In this document: positions 23,039 through 33,678 of the stretch, in pieces
Layout: each line of letters begins with the position of its first letter
How positions within the stretch are numbered: position 1 is the first letter of the stretch
Source: an uncultured delta proteobacterium
GTDB taxonomy: Bacteria > Desulfobacterota > Desulfobacteria > Desulfobacterales > JAFDCJ01
DNA length: 64,000 bases
Reading direction: 5' to 3'
Assembly (NCBI GenBank): GCA_963769935.1
Contig: CAVYNY010000001.1
Span: 102,471 to 166,470 of the forward strand
The notes under the pieces: model-generated
What the model saw: only the letters and a program-made list of their open reading frames with translations
The model's database searches: none
Told to the model about the DNA's origin: nothing
Program-made: the position numbers and the translations under genes

Positions 23039-23066
23039 AAGGCAGAGCACAAACCGGCTCTGCCTT
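23039..23066 (-). terminator. Intrinsic terminator downstream of the DUF4136 gene
   Basis: AAGGCAGAGC/GCTCTGCCTT stem with a T-run on the minus strand. Confidence 0.6.
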
Positions 23067-23098
23067 CGGCTGATGACAGGATTTGGTGCCTCAGGATT

Positions 23099-23596
23099 TT
23101 AAGGTCGGGGAGGATAATAGCTGAGAATATCCTGGACGGCGGTGGTGATGACGTTTTCTTTTTGTGCCGGACTCAATTCATGAAACAAATCGGCTCTTGT
23201 CTCCGCCCACCATATCTCCTGGTGGGATTGGGCATCATACATAGCCAGTTTTAGTCGGCCGACGTTATAAACCTCATAGTCCATCATTACGCTCATATCC
23301 ACGGCAGTATAGTTGCCACCGTACATGACGATATACACATCCGGATTTTTGACATCGACTTTTAAACCTCTGGCTTCCAGGTTTTTGTTGACGGCATCTT
23401 TTATCCGTATTTGATTGAATTCATCGATACGCAGCGTTGCCGGCAGCTTAACCCAGTTATACGAATTAACCCGGCTGAAGTCGACATTTACGTCATAGTC
23501 ATAGGCGACTTGATGATAGACGGTTTTCTCCGGAGCGGCGCAGCCGACGGTTAAAACGACAAAGCAGACGACAATGCAGGCATTTAAAAATTTCAT
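23099..23596 (-). CDS. DUF4136-family lipoprotein
   Basis: Lipobox TVGC; DYD..VDFS..SYNW; ends YPP. Confidence 0.75.
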   Translation of the reverse strand: MKFLNACIVVCFVVLTVGCAAPEKTVYHQVAYDYDVNVDFSRVNSYNWVKLPATLRIDEFNQIRIKDAVNKNLEARGLKVDVKNPDVYIVMYGGNYTAVDMSVMMDYEVYNVGRLKLAMYDAQSHQEIWWAETRADLFHELSPAQKENVITTAVQDILSYYPPRP

Positions 23597-23698
23597 GTAA
23601 TACCCTTCTGGAAAATATTTTTGAGTTGCAAGTTATTCCAAGGTGTTACCTATATTATGCCTGTAAAACACGGCAGATGTCAAATCATTTTCCGGTTT

Positions 23699-24865
23699 TT
23701 AATGTCGATACCGCTCCGGCAGCACCGCGGCCCTATCCCAATCCTTAGGCCAGTTCTGGCCGGGGGCCTCGCCTAATTTCCCTTTTAGCTTTTCCAGACC
23801 CGGTCTGGCAAATTCGGGATGGCCTTCTTTGAGGGTTCGACCGTTAATCGCGGCTTCGCTGCGCAATCTTTTTCCCGCGGTTCGTTCCATCTGACGTCCC
23901 AGCCACAGCACCCGATCAACATCATAACCGTGCTCGATGCCCATTTCATCGATCTGAACCAGCAGGTCTTCCAGGCAAATCAGACCGACAAATCTCGGAT
24001 CGTCATAGTAATATTCACCGGTTCCCGGCACCGGGCAATCGTCCAGGAAGTTGGCCGGCTGGCCGCCCATTCCGCCGAGGGTCGCCTCGAAATGCGTGAT
24101 GCCGGCCTGCAGTGCCGCCAGAACCGAGGCCGAAGCCACTCGTTTGGTTTCGTGAAAATGGGCGATATGCAGGGAAGTAACCGGTATTTCATCCAATATC
24201 ATCGAGAAATATCGGTATACATCCGGCGCCGAAGCACTGCCGTCGTGGTCCGCGTGCTCAATGTCGGAGGCGCCGATCTCCAGCCAGCGTTTGGTGAACT
24301 CAACGGCATCCTTTAATTCCGTGGCGCCGGCAATCGGACTGCCCCATATGGTGCTCACCGTGCCGCACATCTTAATGCCGGCATCCGTGCATTTTTTAAT
24401 GCAGCGTTCGGCTTCCGCCCAGTATACGGGTAAAGAAGTGCCGGAATTGGCGAAATGGTGCTCTTCTTCGGTGGATACCATCATCAGGCAGCGGTCGGGA
24501 CCGATGCCCTTTTCCCTGAGTTGGATCGCCCGATCGACGGATTTTTCACGAATCGTCACTGCCGTAACGCAGATGTCATCATAGTTGATCCCCCTTTTGG
24601 CGCAGCGTTTTTTGAAACCATCACTGCGCAGACTCGCCAACACCTCTTCGGCATCGCTGAATTGCGGCATTAAATAGGGGTTCCCGAGGTTGGTGACCTC
24701 GATGTGGCGGCAACCTGCAAAAATCAGCTCTTCCGCATAGAAAATTTTGGCCCGGGTGGAGATGGACTTCTCAAGATGCTGAAATCCATCGCGGACGGTG
24801 ATATCACCGATGGTTGCTTTTTTAGGCATGCGCGGAAATATTTTCCAGTAATCGTATTCAGACAT
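23699..24865 (-). CDS. DRE-TIM metallolyase, HMG-CoA lyase-like (pyruvate carboxyltransferase family)
   Basis: DITVRDGFQ, HFH and GGMGG motifs; paired with an enoyl-CoA hydratase. Confidence 0.85.
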   Translation of the reverse strand: MSEYDYWKIFPRMPKKATIGDITVRDGFQHLEKSISTRAKIFYAEELIFAGCRHIEVTNLGNPYLMPQFSDAEEVLASLRSDGFKKRCAKRGINYDDICVTAVTIREKSVDRAIQLREKGIGPDRCLMMVSTEEEHHFANSGTSLPVYWAEAERCIKKCTDAGIKMCGTVSTIWGSPIAGATELKDAVEFTKRWLEIGASDIEHADHDGSASAPDVYRYFSMILDEIPVTSLHIAHFHETKRVASASVLAALQAGITHFEATLGGMGGQPANFLDDCPVPGTGEYYYDDPRFVGLICLEDLLVQIDEMGIEHGYDVDRVLWLGRQMERTAGKRLRSEAAINGRTLKEGHPEFARPGLEKLKGKLGEAPGQNWPKDWDRAAVLPERYRH

Positions 24866-24896
24866 GATACCAAAAGCCTCCTTTCAGATATAATTG

Positions 24897-24979
24897 TTTT
24901 CCGGTTGGCCGGTTGGCCCGTTTGCCGGTTCGCTTCAACTCTACCAGGCCAACGGGTCAACGGGCCAACGGCCAACCGA
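24897..24979. repeat. Palindrome with CCGGTTGG/CCAACGGG octamer arms
   Basis: Same arm type as 30298-30401. Confidence 0.75.
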
Positions 24980-24980
24980 A

Positions 24981-25763
24981 TTATTTGCCTTTATACACCG
25001 GTTTCCTTTTTTCTTTGAAGGCAGCCAGGCCCTCTTCGCGGTCCTTGGTCGGTATGCAAACCCAGTAGGCATTCGACTCGATGGCCAGTCCCGTCTGAAT
25101 GTCGGTTTCCAGGCCATAATTAATGGCATATTTCGCCTGTTCAATTGCAATCGGACCTGTTTCGCAGATCATTGCAGCCATATTTTTGCATTCATCCAGC
25201 AATGCAGTTTGTTCACAGACATTGTTGACCAAACCGATGCTCAGGGCCTCCGCCGCATCAATGCGCCGGCCGGTAAAAATAAGCTCTTTGGCTTTGCCTT
25301 TGCCCACCAGGCGCGGCAACCGCTGGGTACCGCCCGCGCCCGGAATGATTGCCAGACGGGTTTCGGTCAGTCCCATGGTGGCGTTTGAAGAGGCTAGCCT
25401 GATATCACAGGCCAGTGCCAGCTCTGTGCCGCCGCCCAGGGCGATCCCGTTGACTGCCGCAATAACGGCTTTGTTTAATTGTTCGATGGTTGTGAACAGA
25501 TTGCGAATTGTAAAAATATACTCTTTGACCTTGTCGGGGCTGAGGGTGGCCCGCTCCTTGAGATCGGCACCGGCACAAAACGCTTTGGCACCCGCGCCCG
25601 TAATGATGACCACCCGAATATCTGTTCTGAATCGAAACGACTCGATCTGCTCCCGCAGGGCATACAGCAGTGGGAAATTCAGAGAATTCATTACCTCCGG
25701 CCGGTTCAGTCTCAAGGTCACAATCCCGGCATCTTCTTCTACCAATAATAAATCGTCACCCAT
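24981..25763 (-). CDS. Enoyl-CoA hydratase (probable methylglutaconyl-CoA hydratase)
   Basis: FCAGADLKER, GGGTELALACD and PGAGGTQRL motifs. Confidence 0.9.
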   Translation of the reverse strand: MGDDLLLVEEDAGIVTLRLNRPEVMNSLNFPLLYALREQIESFRFRTDIRVVIITGAGAKAFCAGADLKERATLSPDKVKEYIFTIRNLFTTIEQLNKAVIAAVNGIALGGGTELALACDIRLASSNATMGLTETRLAIIPGAGGTQRLPRLVGKGKAKELIFTGRRIDAAEALSIGLVNNVCEQTALLDECKNMAAMICETGPIAIEQAKYAINYGLETDIQTGLAIESNAYWVCIPTKDREEGLAAFKEKRKPVYKGK

Positions 25764-25846
25764 GCTTCCCTCCCCAAAATTATCTGTAAGGCATTGAAAT
25801 TTAATATTTTTATTAACCGGAGACCTGGAATCGATATCCCGCGAAT

Positions 25847-25864
25847 TGAGCGAGCGCTCGGTCA
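25847..25864 (-). promoter_or_regulatory. 18-bp TetR-type operator TGACCGAGCGCTCGCTCA
   Basis: Palindrome just downstream of a minus-strand TTGACA; matches 26039-26056. Confidence 0.7.
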
Positions 25865-26038
25865 TATCACAATTTTCTACTTGAACCTTTTTTATTTGTC
25901 AATACCTTATTAATGAGTCGGGCACCATGGTGGAAATATTATTGCCAAAGGAAAAACACATAATTTTAGTTGGTTATATAAAATCATCCTAACCGGCAGA
26001 ATATCTTGACAAGAAAAAAAGAAGCATGCTATGCAAGT

Positions 26039-26056
26039 TGAATGAGCGCTCGCTCA
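26039..26056 (+). promoter_or_regulatory. 18-bp TetR-type operator TGAATGAGCGCTCGCTCA
   Basis: Palindrome downstream of TTGACA at 26006, upstream of tetR-icmF. Confidence 0.7.
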
Positions 26057-26147
26057 TCATGGGGCGCCGGACTTCAGCCGCGAACGGATTATTATTTGGA
26101 TATTATTAATTGGATAAAAGTTCAGCGATGAAGACACGAAGGTTGAC

Positions 26148-26780
26148 ATGCAGGAACTGATCAGAACAAAGGACATCCCCACCCAGGTGAAAGACCCTGA
26201 TCTGGTTAAACGCCGGCGCCGCCAAATTGCTGCGGCGGCGGTTCAGCTGTTCATAGAAAAAGGCTTTCATAAAACCACCACCCGGCAAATTGCGCGCACA
26301 TCCGGCTTTTCCATCGGCTCTTTGTATGAATACTTCGCCTCCAAAGAAGATATTCTTTATATGGTGTGTGAATCAATTCATGCCGAAGTAGAACTCGGTG
26401 TCACGGAAGCAATGTCACGCACCACAGGCGGCCGGGCAACCCTGGCAGGGGTTATTCGGGAATATTTCATGGTTTGCCACCGCATGAGTGATTTTATTTT
26501 GCTGATTTACCAGGAGAGTCAGTCTCTGCCTCCCCAATGGCAAAAAAGAGTACTTGAAAACGAGCTTCGAATTACCGGCCTGTTCGTGGAAGTGCTGGCC
26601 CGCCTCGCGGCATCAGGTGAATTGCCGGGCCTCAAGGAAGAGTATCTGGAACTGACAGCTCACAATATCGTGGTTTTAGGGCACATGTGGACCTTCAGGC
26701 GCTGGTACCTGTCCCGGCACTATAGTTTGGAAGACTATATCAGACTTCAAACCAATTTTATCTTGAAAAAGATCCTGTAG
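26148..26780 (+). CDS. TetR-family regulator of the acyl-CoA cluster
   Basis: KGFHKTTTRQIA..SGFSIGSLYEYF.SKEDIL HTH; precedes icmF. Confidence 0.92.
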   Translation: MQELIRTKDIPTQVKDPDLVKRRRRQIAAAAVQLFIEKGFHKTTTRQIARTSGFSIGSLYEYFASKEDILYMVCESIHAEVELGVTEAMSRTTGGRATLAGVIREYFMVCHRMSDFILLIYQESQSLPPQWQKRVLENELRITGLFVEVLARLAASGELPGLKEEYLELTAHNIVVLGHMWTFRRWYLSRHYSLEDYIRLQTNFILKKIL

Positions 26781-26850
26781 ATCCTCTTTTCAAAAGAAGC
26801 GAACGAACTTAACGCACTTTTTATTGCATCAAGGAAAACTGTAAGGAAGA

Positions 26851-27007
26851 AAATGACAAAGGACGAATGACGATCGGCGACCGATGGAAGTCGCTCCTCC
26901 TTTTTCTATTATTACCCTCAATAGAATAAGGACAAAATAATCTCATTATTCGATCGTAATACCTTAGTAGACATTCATCATTCGACAATCGCCATTCGTC
27001 ATTCCCA
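26851..27007 (-). repeat. Family C palindromic element with AATGACG/CGTCATT arms
   Basis: Minus-strand GGAGCGACTTCC core with inverted heptamer arms. Confidence 0.7.
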
Positions 27008-27016
27008 GGAGGTCCC

Positions 27017-30000
27017 ATGAGCTCTGAAATTGAAGTTTACAAACCCGCGAACCACATTCGGGTGGTGACTGCAACATCTCTTTTTGATGGTCATGATGCC
27101 GCCATAAATATCATGCGTCGGATTCTGCAGGATACGGGGGTTGAAGTTATCCACCTGGGACATAACCGGTCCGTTCAGGAAATTGTCGATGCTGCAATCG
27201 AAGAAGATGTACAGGGCGTTGCGGTGTCAAGTTATCAGGGCGGTCATATTGAATACTTTAAATATCTGGTTGATCTTTTAAAAGAAAGAGGCGCTTCTCA
27301 CATCAAGATTTTCGGCGGGGGCGGCGGTGTGATCGTGCCGGAAGAAATTAGAGAACTTGAGGACTATGGCGTCACCAAGATTTATTCTCCCGAAGACGGT
27401 GCGAAGATGGGACTCCAGGGTATGATCAACCACATGGTCCAAAACCTGGATTTTTCCACCGTCAAGGAAGATTCCCTTAAACTGGACGAGTTGTCGCCGC
27501 AGAGCAAATTGCTGGTGGCCCATTTGATTACGGCCGCCGAGCAGGCCAATGTCCGGGGAAACGGCAATCTGGCCGCCCTGCGAGCCGAACTGGCCGGGAA
27601 AATCGCCGGTCGCAAAGTGCCGGTAGTTGGGATTACCGGCACGGGCGGCGCGGGCAAATCATCTCTGACCGATGAAATCATCTTACGCATCCTGCATGAT
27701 CTCAAGGACATTCACGTCGCCATTATCAGCTGTGATCCATCCCGGCGCAAAACCGGCGGTGCACTGCTGGGAGACCGCATCCGCATGAATGCCATCGGAA
27801 ATCCGAAGGTGTATCTGCGGTCCTTGGCTACCCGTCAAGCCCAAACTGAAATCCCGGCCGTACTGGCCGATGCCATTGCAGCCGTGAAAGCGGCCGGCTT
27901 TGATCTTATAATTACCGAAACAGCCGGAATCGGACAGGGAGATTCAAGTATAGTTGATCTGGTTGATATTGCCGTCTATGTGATGACCAGTGAATTTGGC
28001 GCTGCCTCCCAGCTTGAAAAAATCGATATGCTTGATTTTGCCGACCTGGTGGTGGTCAACAAATTTGAAAAGCGCGGCGGTGAAGATGCCGTGCGGGATG
28101 TTCGCAAGCAGGTACAGCGCAACCGCAAGGCCTTTGATCGTGATCCGGCGGAAATGCCCGTCTTCGGCACCATCGCCTCTAAATTCAATGACGATGGGGT
28201 AACCGCACTTTACCATGCCATTCTGGATGCGATTCAGGCCAAAACCGGTATCAAATTCGAACCCCATCTTCCCAGACCGGACACAAAAACCTCCTCGTCC
28301 AAGACCATCATCATACCGCCCGAACGAATCCGCTATTTGAGCGAGATTGCCGAAGCCATCCGGGAATATCACTTAAAAACAAATGCTCAATCCCAGGCAG
28401 TCCGCAGTTTCTGGCATCTGCAGGAGGCCGTTCAGCGGATCGGCAGCGACGCTTCTCAGGAAGAACCCGCCGGGATTCCGTCACGCTTGAAGGAAGAGGT
28501 ACAGAAAGCCGAGGCTGCTTTGGATCCGGATACCCATCGCTGCCTCGCCGAATGGAAGGAAATCAAGGCGGCCTACTCCCAGGATGAACTGGTCTACCAG
28601 GTTCGCAATCGGGAGATCCGGGTTCCGCTGTACGTAGAATCGTTGTCGCACTCCCGTATTCCAAAAATTGTTTTACCCAGCTTCCAGGACCCGGGGGAAC
28701 TATACCGCTGGATGCGGGAAGAAAATGTACCCGGTCGATTTCCTTATACGGCGGGTGTATTTCCGCTGAAACGGGAGGATGAGGATCCGACGCGCATGTT
28801 TGCCGGTGAAGGTGATCCGGCCCGCACCAACCGCCGGTTTAAGATGCTGTCGGCCAATTACGAAGCCAAGCGGCTTTCTACCGCCTTTGATTCGGTGACG
28901 CTATACGGATATGACCCGGATATTCGGCCGGATATATACGGCAAGGTGGGGACTTCGGGGGTCAGCATCTGCACCCTGGATGATGTAAAAGTGCTCTACG
29001 GCGGTTTTGAGCTGTGTGCGCCCAACACCTCGGTTTCCATGACCATCAACGGCCCGGCGCCGATAATACTGGCCATGTTTCTGAATACGGCCGTTGATCA
29101 GCAGATCGATAAATTCAAGGCCCAAAACGGCCGGCCGCCCACGCAGGCGCAATCTGAGCAAATCCGGGCCGAGGTTCTGTCCAATGTGCGCGGAACCGTC
29201 CAGGCCGACATCCTCAAAGAGGATCAGGGGCAAAATACCTGCATCTTTTCCATTGATTTCGCGCTTAAGATGATGGGCGACATTCAGCAGTACTTTATCG
29301 ACAAAAATGTCCGCAACTTTTATTCGGTTTCCATCTCCGGGTATCACATCGCCGAGGCCGGGGCGAATCCCATCACCCAACTGGCCCTCACCCTCGCCAA
29401 CGGGTTTACCTATGTCGAATACTATCTGTCCCGCGGCATGCCCATCGACAGTTTTGCCCCGAATCTGTCTTTCTTCTTTTCAAACGGACTGGATCCCGAA
29501 TACAACGTCATCGGACGGGTAGCCCGGCGCATCTGGTCCATTGCCATGAAGTATAAATATGCCGCGGCCGACCGCTCCCGGATGCTCAAATATCATATCC
29601 AGACCTCCGGCCGGTCACTTCACAGTCAGGATATTCAATTCAACGATGTCCGCACCACCCTGCAGGCCTTATGCGCAATTTATGATAACTGCAACAGCCT
29701 GCACACCAATGCTTTCGATGAGGCCATTACCACCCCCTCGACCGAGTCGGTCAGGCGGGCCCTTGCCATCCAGCTGATCATCAATCGCGAATGGGGGTTG
29801 ACCGCCAATCAAAATATGAACCAGGGCAGTTTTATCATCGAACAATTAACGGAGCTGGTTGAGGAAGCCGTCCTAATGGAATTCGATCGCATTACCGAGC
29901 GCGGCGGTGTCCTGGGGGCCATGGAAACCGGCTACCAGCGGGGCAAGATCCAGGAAGAATCCATGTATTATGAAATGTTGAAACACACCGGCCGGCTTCC

Positions 30001-30295
30001 CATCATCGGCGTCAACACTTTCCGGGACCCGGATGCCGGCGCTGAACTGCTCAATGACAGCATTGAACTGTCCCGCGCCACCGAAGAAGAGAAGCAGTCC
30101 CAGCTTAACCGGCTGGCGGAATTTAAAAAGCGCCACGCGCCGCAGGCGCCGGACGCGCTGCAGCGCCTGCAAAACGTGGCGCTTTCCGGTGACAACATCT
30201 TTGCTGAATTGATGAACACCGTGCGGGTGTGCAGCCTGGGGCAGATAACCCAGGCGTTGTATGATGTGGGGGGAAAATACAGAAGGAATATGTAA
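27017..30295 (+). CDS. icmF: Fused isobutyryl-CoA mutase/MeaB-like GTPase
   Basis: B12-binding FDGHD, GTGGAGKSS GTPase, RMFAGEG and QADILKE mutase motifs; 1092 aa. Confidence 0.96.
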   Translation: MSSEIEVYKPANHIRVVTATSLFDGHDAAINIMRRILQDTGVEVIHLGHNRSVQEIVDAAIEEDVQGVAVSSYQGGHIEYFKYLVDLLKERGASHIKIFGGGGGVIVPEEIRELEDYGVTKIYSPEDGAKMGLQGMINHMVQNLDFSTVKEDSLKLDELSPQSKLLVAHLITAAEQANVRGNGNLAALRAELAGKIAGRKVPVVGITGTGGAGKSSLTDEIILRILHDLKDIHVAIISCDPSRRKTGGALLGDRIRMNAIGNPKVYLRSLATRQAQTEIPAVLADAIAAVKAAGFDLIITETAGIGQGDSSIVDLVDIAVYVMTSEFGAASQLEKIDMLDFADLVVVNKFEKRGGEDAVRDVRKQVQRNRKAFDRDPAEMPVFGTIASKFNDDGVTALYHAILDAIQAKTGIKFEPHLPRPDTKTSSSKTIIIPPERIRYLSEIAEAIREYHLKTNAQSQAVRSFWHLQEAVQRIGSDASQEEPAGIPSRLKEEVQKAEAALDPDTHRCLAEWKEIKAAYSQDELVYQVRNREIRVPLYVESLSHSRIPKIVLPSFQDPGELYRWMREENVPGRFPYTAGVFPLKREDEDPTRMFAGEGDPARTNRRFKMLSANYEAKRLSTAFDSVTLYGYDPDIRPDIYGKVGTSGVSICTLDDVKVLYGGFELCAPNTSVSMTINGPAPIILAMFLNTAVDQQIDKFKAQNGRPPTQAQSEQIRAEVLSNVRGTVQADILKEDQGQNTCIFSIDFALKMMGDIQQYFIDKNVRNFYSVSISGYHIAEAGANPITQLALTLANGFTYVEYYLSRGMPIDSFAPNLSFFFSNGLDPEYNVIGRVARRIWSIAMKYKYAAADRSRMLKYHIQTSGRSLHSQDIQFNDVRTTLQALCAIYDNCNSLHTNAFDEAITTPSTESVRRALAIQLIINREWGLTANQNMNQGSFIIEQLTELVEEAVLMEFDRITERGGVLGAMETGYQRGKIQEESMYYEMLKHTGRLPIIGVNTFRDPDAGAELLNDSIELSRATEEEKQSQLNRLAEFKKRHAPQAPDALQRLQNVALSGDNIFAELMNTVRVCSLGQITQALYDVGGKYRRNM

Positions 30296-30297
30296 AC

Positions 30298-30401
30298 AAG
30301 GTTGGCCGGTTGGCCCGTGTGCCTGTGTGCCTGTGTACCGGTTGGCCGTAACGGCTCAAGGAGCTCGACGGGCTAACCGGCCAACGGGCTAACGGGCTAA
30401 C
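30298..30401. repeat. Palindrome with octamer arms (GGTTGGCC / CTAACGGG)
   Basis: Inverted degenerate octamer arrays. Confidence 0.75.
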
Positions 30402-30425
30402 ATATTTATAGGGAGGATAATTCAC

Positions 30426-31601
30426 ATGCACGAGGCAGTAATAGTCAGCGCGGTTAGGACGCCCCTGGGCAATTTCAACGGTTCACTAGGCAGCATTGGC
30501 GCCACCCGCCTGGGAGCGGTTGTTATTGAGGAGGCTGTTAAAAGAGCCGGCATTGAAAAGGAAGCCGTCGATGAAGTCATAATGGGGCTGGTGCTGCCAT
30601 GCGGTTATGGTCAAAATCCTGCCAAGCAGGCGGCCGTTAAGGCCCAGTTGCCCTGGGAAGTGGAATGTTTCACCATCAATAAAGTCTGCGGATCCGCCTT
30701 GAAGTCGGTTATGCTCGCCGCCCAGGCGATCCAGCTCGGGGATGCCGAGGTGATTGTTGCCGGGGGTATGGAGAATATGACCAGGGCCCCCTTTTACCTG
30801 GAAAAGGCCCGCTTCGGATTCCGCATGGGAAACGGCACCCTGTATGATCACATGGTCCATGACGGTCTGTGGGATATTGTCAATGATTTTCACATGGGCA
30901 TATCCAACGACCTGTGTTCGGAAAAATACGGCGTCAGCCGGGAAGATCAGGATCAATATGCCGCTGAATCCTACCGCCGCACGATGGCATCGATCCGTAC
31001 CGGCCGATTTAAAGATGAAATCGTGCCGATCCCGATCGCCCAGCGCAAGGGGGAGCCGGCGATTTTCAGCCAGGATGAGTGCCCGCGGGATACCGATTAT
31101 GACACCCTGGCCAAAATGAAACCGGCTTTTCAGAAGGATGGATTTGCAACCGCAGGCAACTCATCCATCATCAGCGACGGTGCGGCGGCGGTTGTGGTGA
31201 TGTCCCGCGAAAAAGCCGCAGAGTTGGGATGTACGGTAATGGCGACCGTCGGCGCCCAGGCCTCGGCCGGTCTGGACATGAAATATGTTCTGGTGGCGCC
31301 GATTCTGGCGATTCCAAAATGCCTGAAGAAAGAAGGTATTTCAACGGACGACGTTGACCTGTACGAGATTAACGAAGCTTTCAGCGGTTCAACCGTGGCG
31401 GTTTTAAGAGAACTCAACCTGAATCCGGCCAAGGTCAATGTCAACGGCGGCAGTGTCGCGTTGGGCCATCCCATCGGCGCCAGCGGCTGCCGCGTTCTGG
31501 TCACCCTGCTGCATGAGATGATCAAACAGGATAAAAAAACCGGTCTGGCCTCGCTGTGTTTGGGAGGCGGGGAGGCCGTGGCAATGGTGGTGAAGAGATA
31601 A
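30426..31601 (+). CDS. Acetyl-CoA C-acetyltransferase (thiolase)
   Basis: NKVCGS, NEAF, GHPIGASG and CLGGG motifs. Confidence 0.95.
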   Translation: MHEAVIVSAVRTPLGNFNGSLGSIGATRLGAVVIEEAVKRAGIEKEAVDEVIMGLVLPCGYGQNPAKQAAVKAQLPWEVECFTINKVCGSALKSVMLAAQAIQLGDAEVIVAGGMENMTRAPFYLEKARFGFRMGNGTLYDHMVHDGLWDIVNDFHMGISNDLCSEKYGVSREDQDQYAAESYRRTMASIRTGRFKDEIVPIPIAQRKGEPAIFSQDECPRDTDYDTLAKMKPAFQKDGFATAGNSSIISDGAAAVVVMSREKAAELGCTVMATVGAQASAGLDMKYVLVAPILAIPKCLKKEGISTDDVDLYEINEAFSGSTVAVLRELNLNPAKVNVNGGSVALGHPIGASGCRVLVTLLHEMIKQDKKTGLASLCLGGGEAVAMVVKR

Positions 31602-31635
31602 ACTCTGAGTCGGGTTTAGGGGTTTCAGGTGTCAG

Positions 31636-31803
31636 CCCAGCCGCCGGCCAAAACAACGGCCGGTCTGACCGAAAAAGAAACATAATAGTTCACCGCAGAG
31701 CCCGCCGAGAACGCCGAGAAAGAAAAGTTAAATTAATCTCTGCGCTCTCAGCGGTGAGACACTTCGTAAAAATGGCATCGAATTTAAGGAAGTTTCATAT
31801 GAG
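31636..31803 (+). mobile_element. Family A GTCAG-targeted element with about 110-nt cargo
   Basis: Left 33 nt identical to 56841; right end AGTTTCATATGAG; lies within GGT(G/T)TCA heptamers. Confidence 0.8.
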
Positions 31804-32050
31804 GTGTCAGCCAAGTCTCTGGCTGCCCGAGGAGTCTGCTTTAATCGAAGCACTAATTCTTAAGGCTCCACAAGAATTTCAAAGAAGGTAACTCAGGCAA
31901 TTTTGATTGTGAGAGCGGTTTTTAACCGTGAAAAACCCGGATTTACATATACCGATAATCATGGCTGCAAGCCGCGCAACCAGAAACCTGAAACCTGAAA
32001 CCTGGAACCTGAAACCTGAAACCTAATAATCATAAAAACAGGAGGAACTA

Positions 32051-32902
32051 ATGGGAGTAAAAACCTTCGGTGTCATCGGCGCCGGCCAAATGGGCAATGG
32101 AATCGCGCAGGTGGCCGCCATGAGCGGTCTGCCGGTGATCATGCATGATATCAAAACAGAGTTCGTCGAGCGCGGTGTGGCAAACATAACCAAAATTCTA
32201 GCGCGCAATGTCGACAAAGGCAAAATGACGGCAGACGAAAAAGGTGCGGTCTTGGGCAGAATCAAAACCAGCGTCAGTTTGCAGGACATGGCGGCGGCTG
32301 ATTTCGTAGTTGAAGCGGCCACCGAAAATGAGGTCGTTAAATTTCAAATTTTTAAGGATCTGGACAAGATTTGTGAACCCGCCGTTATCCTGTCTTCCAA
32401 CACTTCGTCCATACCGATCGGCCGCATTGCAGCTCAGACCCGGCGCCCTGAGAAAGTGATCGGCATGCATTTCATGAACCCGGTGCCGGTGATGAAGCTG
32501 GTTGAAGTCATACCGGGCCTTGCCACCTCGCAGGAGACGTTTAAAACCACCTGGGAGCTGGCCGAAAAATTTGGCAAAACACCGGCCAAAGCGAACGATT
32601 ATCCGGGTTTTATTGCCAATCGGATCTTGATGCCGATGATTAATGAAGCCGTCTACTGCCTCTATCACGGGGTGGGAACCCGGGAGGATATCGACACGGT
32701 TATGAAACTCGGCATGAATCATCCGATGGGCCCCCTGACGCTGGCGGATTTAATCGGCCTGGATACCTGCCTGGCCATTATGGAAACGCTTTATGACGGT
32801 TTCAAAGATTCCAAGTACCGTCCCTGTCCCCTGCTGCGCAAATACGTTGAAGCAGGCTGGCTGGGCCGCAAGACGGGAAGAGGGTTCTACGATTATAAAT
32901 AA
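32051..32902 (+). CDS. hbd: 3-hydroxybutyryl-CoA dehydrogenase
   Basis: [20 protein letters not shown] and MNHPMGPL motifs. Confidence 0.95.
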   Translation: MGVKTFGVIGAGQMGNGIAQVAAMSGLPVIMHDIKTEFVERGVANITKILARNVDKGKMTADEKGAVLGRIKTSVSLQDMAAADFVVEAATENEVVKFQIFKDLDKICEPAVILSSNTSSIPIGRIAAQTRRPEKVIGMHFMNPVPVMKLVEVIPGLATSQETFKTTWELAEKFGKTPAKANDYPGFIANRILMPMINEAVYCLYHGVGTREDIDTVMKLGMNHPMGPLTLADLIGLDTCLAIMETLYDGFKDSKYRPCPLLRKYVEAGWLGRKTGRGFYDYK

Positions 32903-33106
32903 AAATGTAAAATGCCTAAAATGAGCTAAAATGCCTAAAATTATGGTGTCGTTGCGCTCCGTCTTCTTTTAATAGGGCGATATCTGTCGCCTGGAAAATC
33001 GCAAATCATTAAAAAAACACTTTAACGGATCTCGTGTTTTTACTTAATTAAAAAGACGGAATTCCTTAACTTTAGGCATCTTAGGCATTTTTATTTTTAG
33101 GCAATT
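32903..33106 (-). repeat. Family C palindromic element with AAAATGCCT/AGGCATTTT arms
   Basis: Minus-strand core AAGGAATTCCGTC...GACGGAGCGCAACGACACC. Confidence 0.8.
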
Positions 33107-33123
33107 CTTTATCTGGAGGACTC

Positions 33124-33675
33124 ATGCCTACAAAGAAAAAAACCCCCCGGCCGCCCATCGGCAAAAAGATAAAAAAGGCCCGCACGGATAAAAAGTTTAC
33201 TCTGGATCGGGTCGCCAACGAAACCGGATTTTCCATAGAGTATTTACAGCAGGTTGAGTCAGGCAAAGCCATACCGCCGGTCGGAGCGCTGCTGCAAATT
33301 GCCCGCGCCCTGGAAATAGACTCCGGCTCTCTGCTCAAAGAGCCGGAATCCAAGCTGCAAACCCGGATTAAAGCGCATACCAAGCGCACGGACAATTATG
33401 CCTACACCACCCTGACGCCGGGTGCGGAAAATAAACATCTGAAGGCTTTCCGCGTAACAATTGAAGCCCGGCAGGATCACAAAGGGGTAGACTATCACCA
33501 CGAGGGCGAGGAATTCGTATATGTGCTGGCGGGCAGGATTGAAGTGGCAGTCGGTGAGCACATAAACGTATTGGAGCAGGGAGAATCGCTTCATTTCAAC
33601 TCGGGCATCCGGCACCAGCTAAAAAGCGTAAGTGATGAAAAGGCAGATTTGATCGTTGTTATTTATACACCATAA
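33124..33675 (+). CDS. XRE-family HTH regulator with cupin domain
   Basis: N-terminal HTH; HHEGEEFVYVL..G and FNS..RH cupin motifs. Confidence 0.9.
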   Translation: MPTKKKTPRPPIGKKIKKARTDKKFTLDRVANETGFSIEYLQQVESGKAIPPVGALLQIARALEIDSGSLLKEPESKLQTRIKAHTKRTDNYAYTTLTPGAENKHLKAFRVTIEARQDHKGVDYHHEGEEFVYVLAGRIEVAVGEHINVLEQGESLHFNSGIRHQLKSVSDEKADLIVVIYTP

Positions 33676-33678
33676 ATG

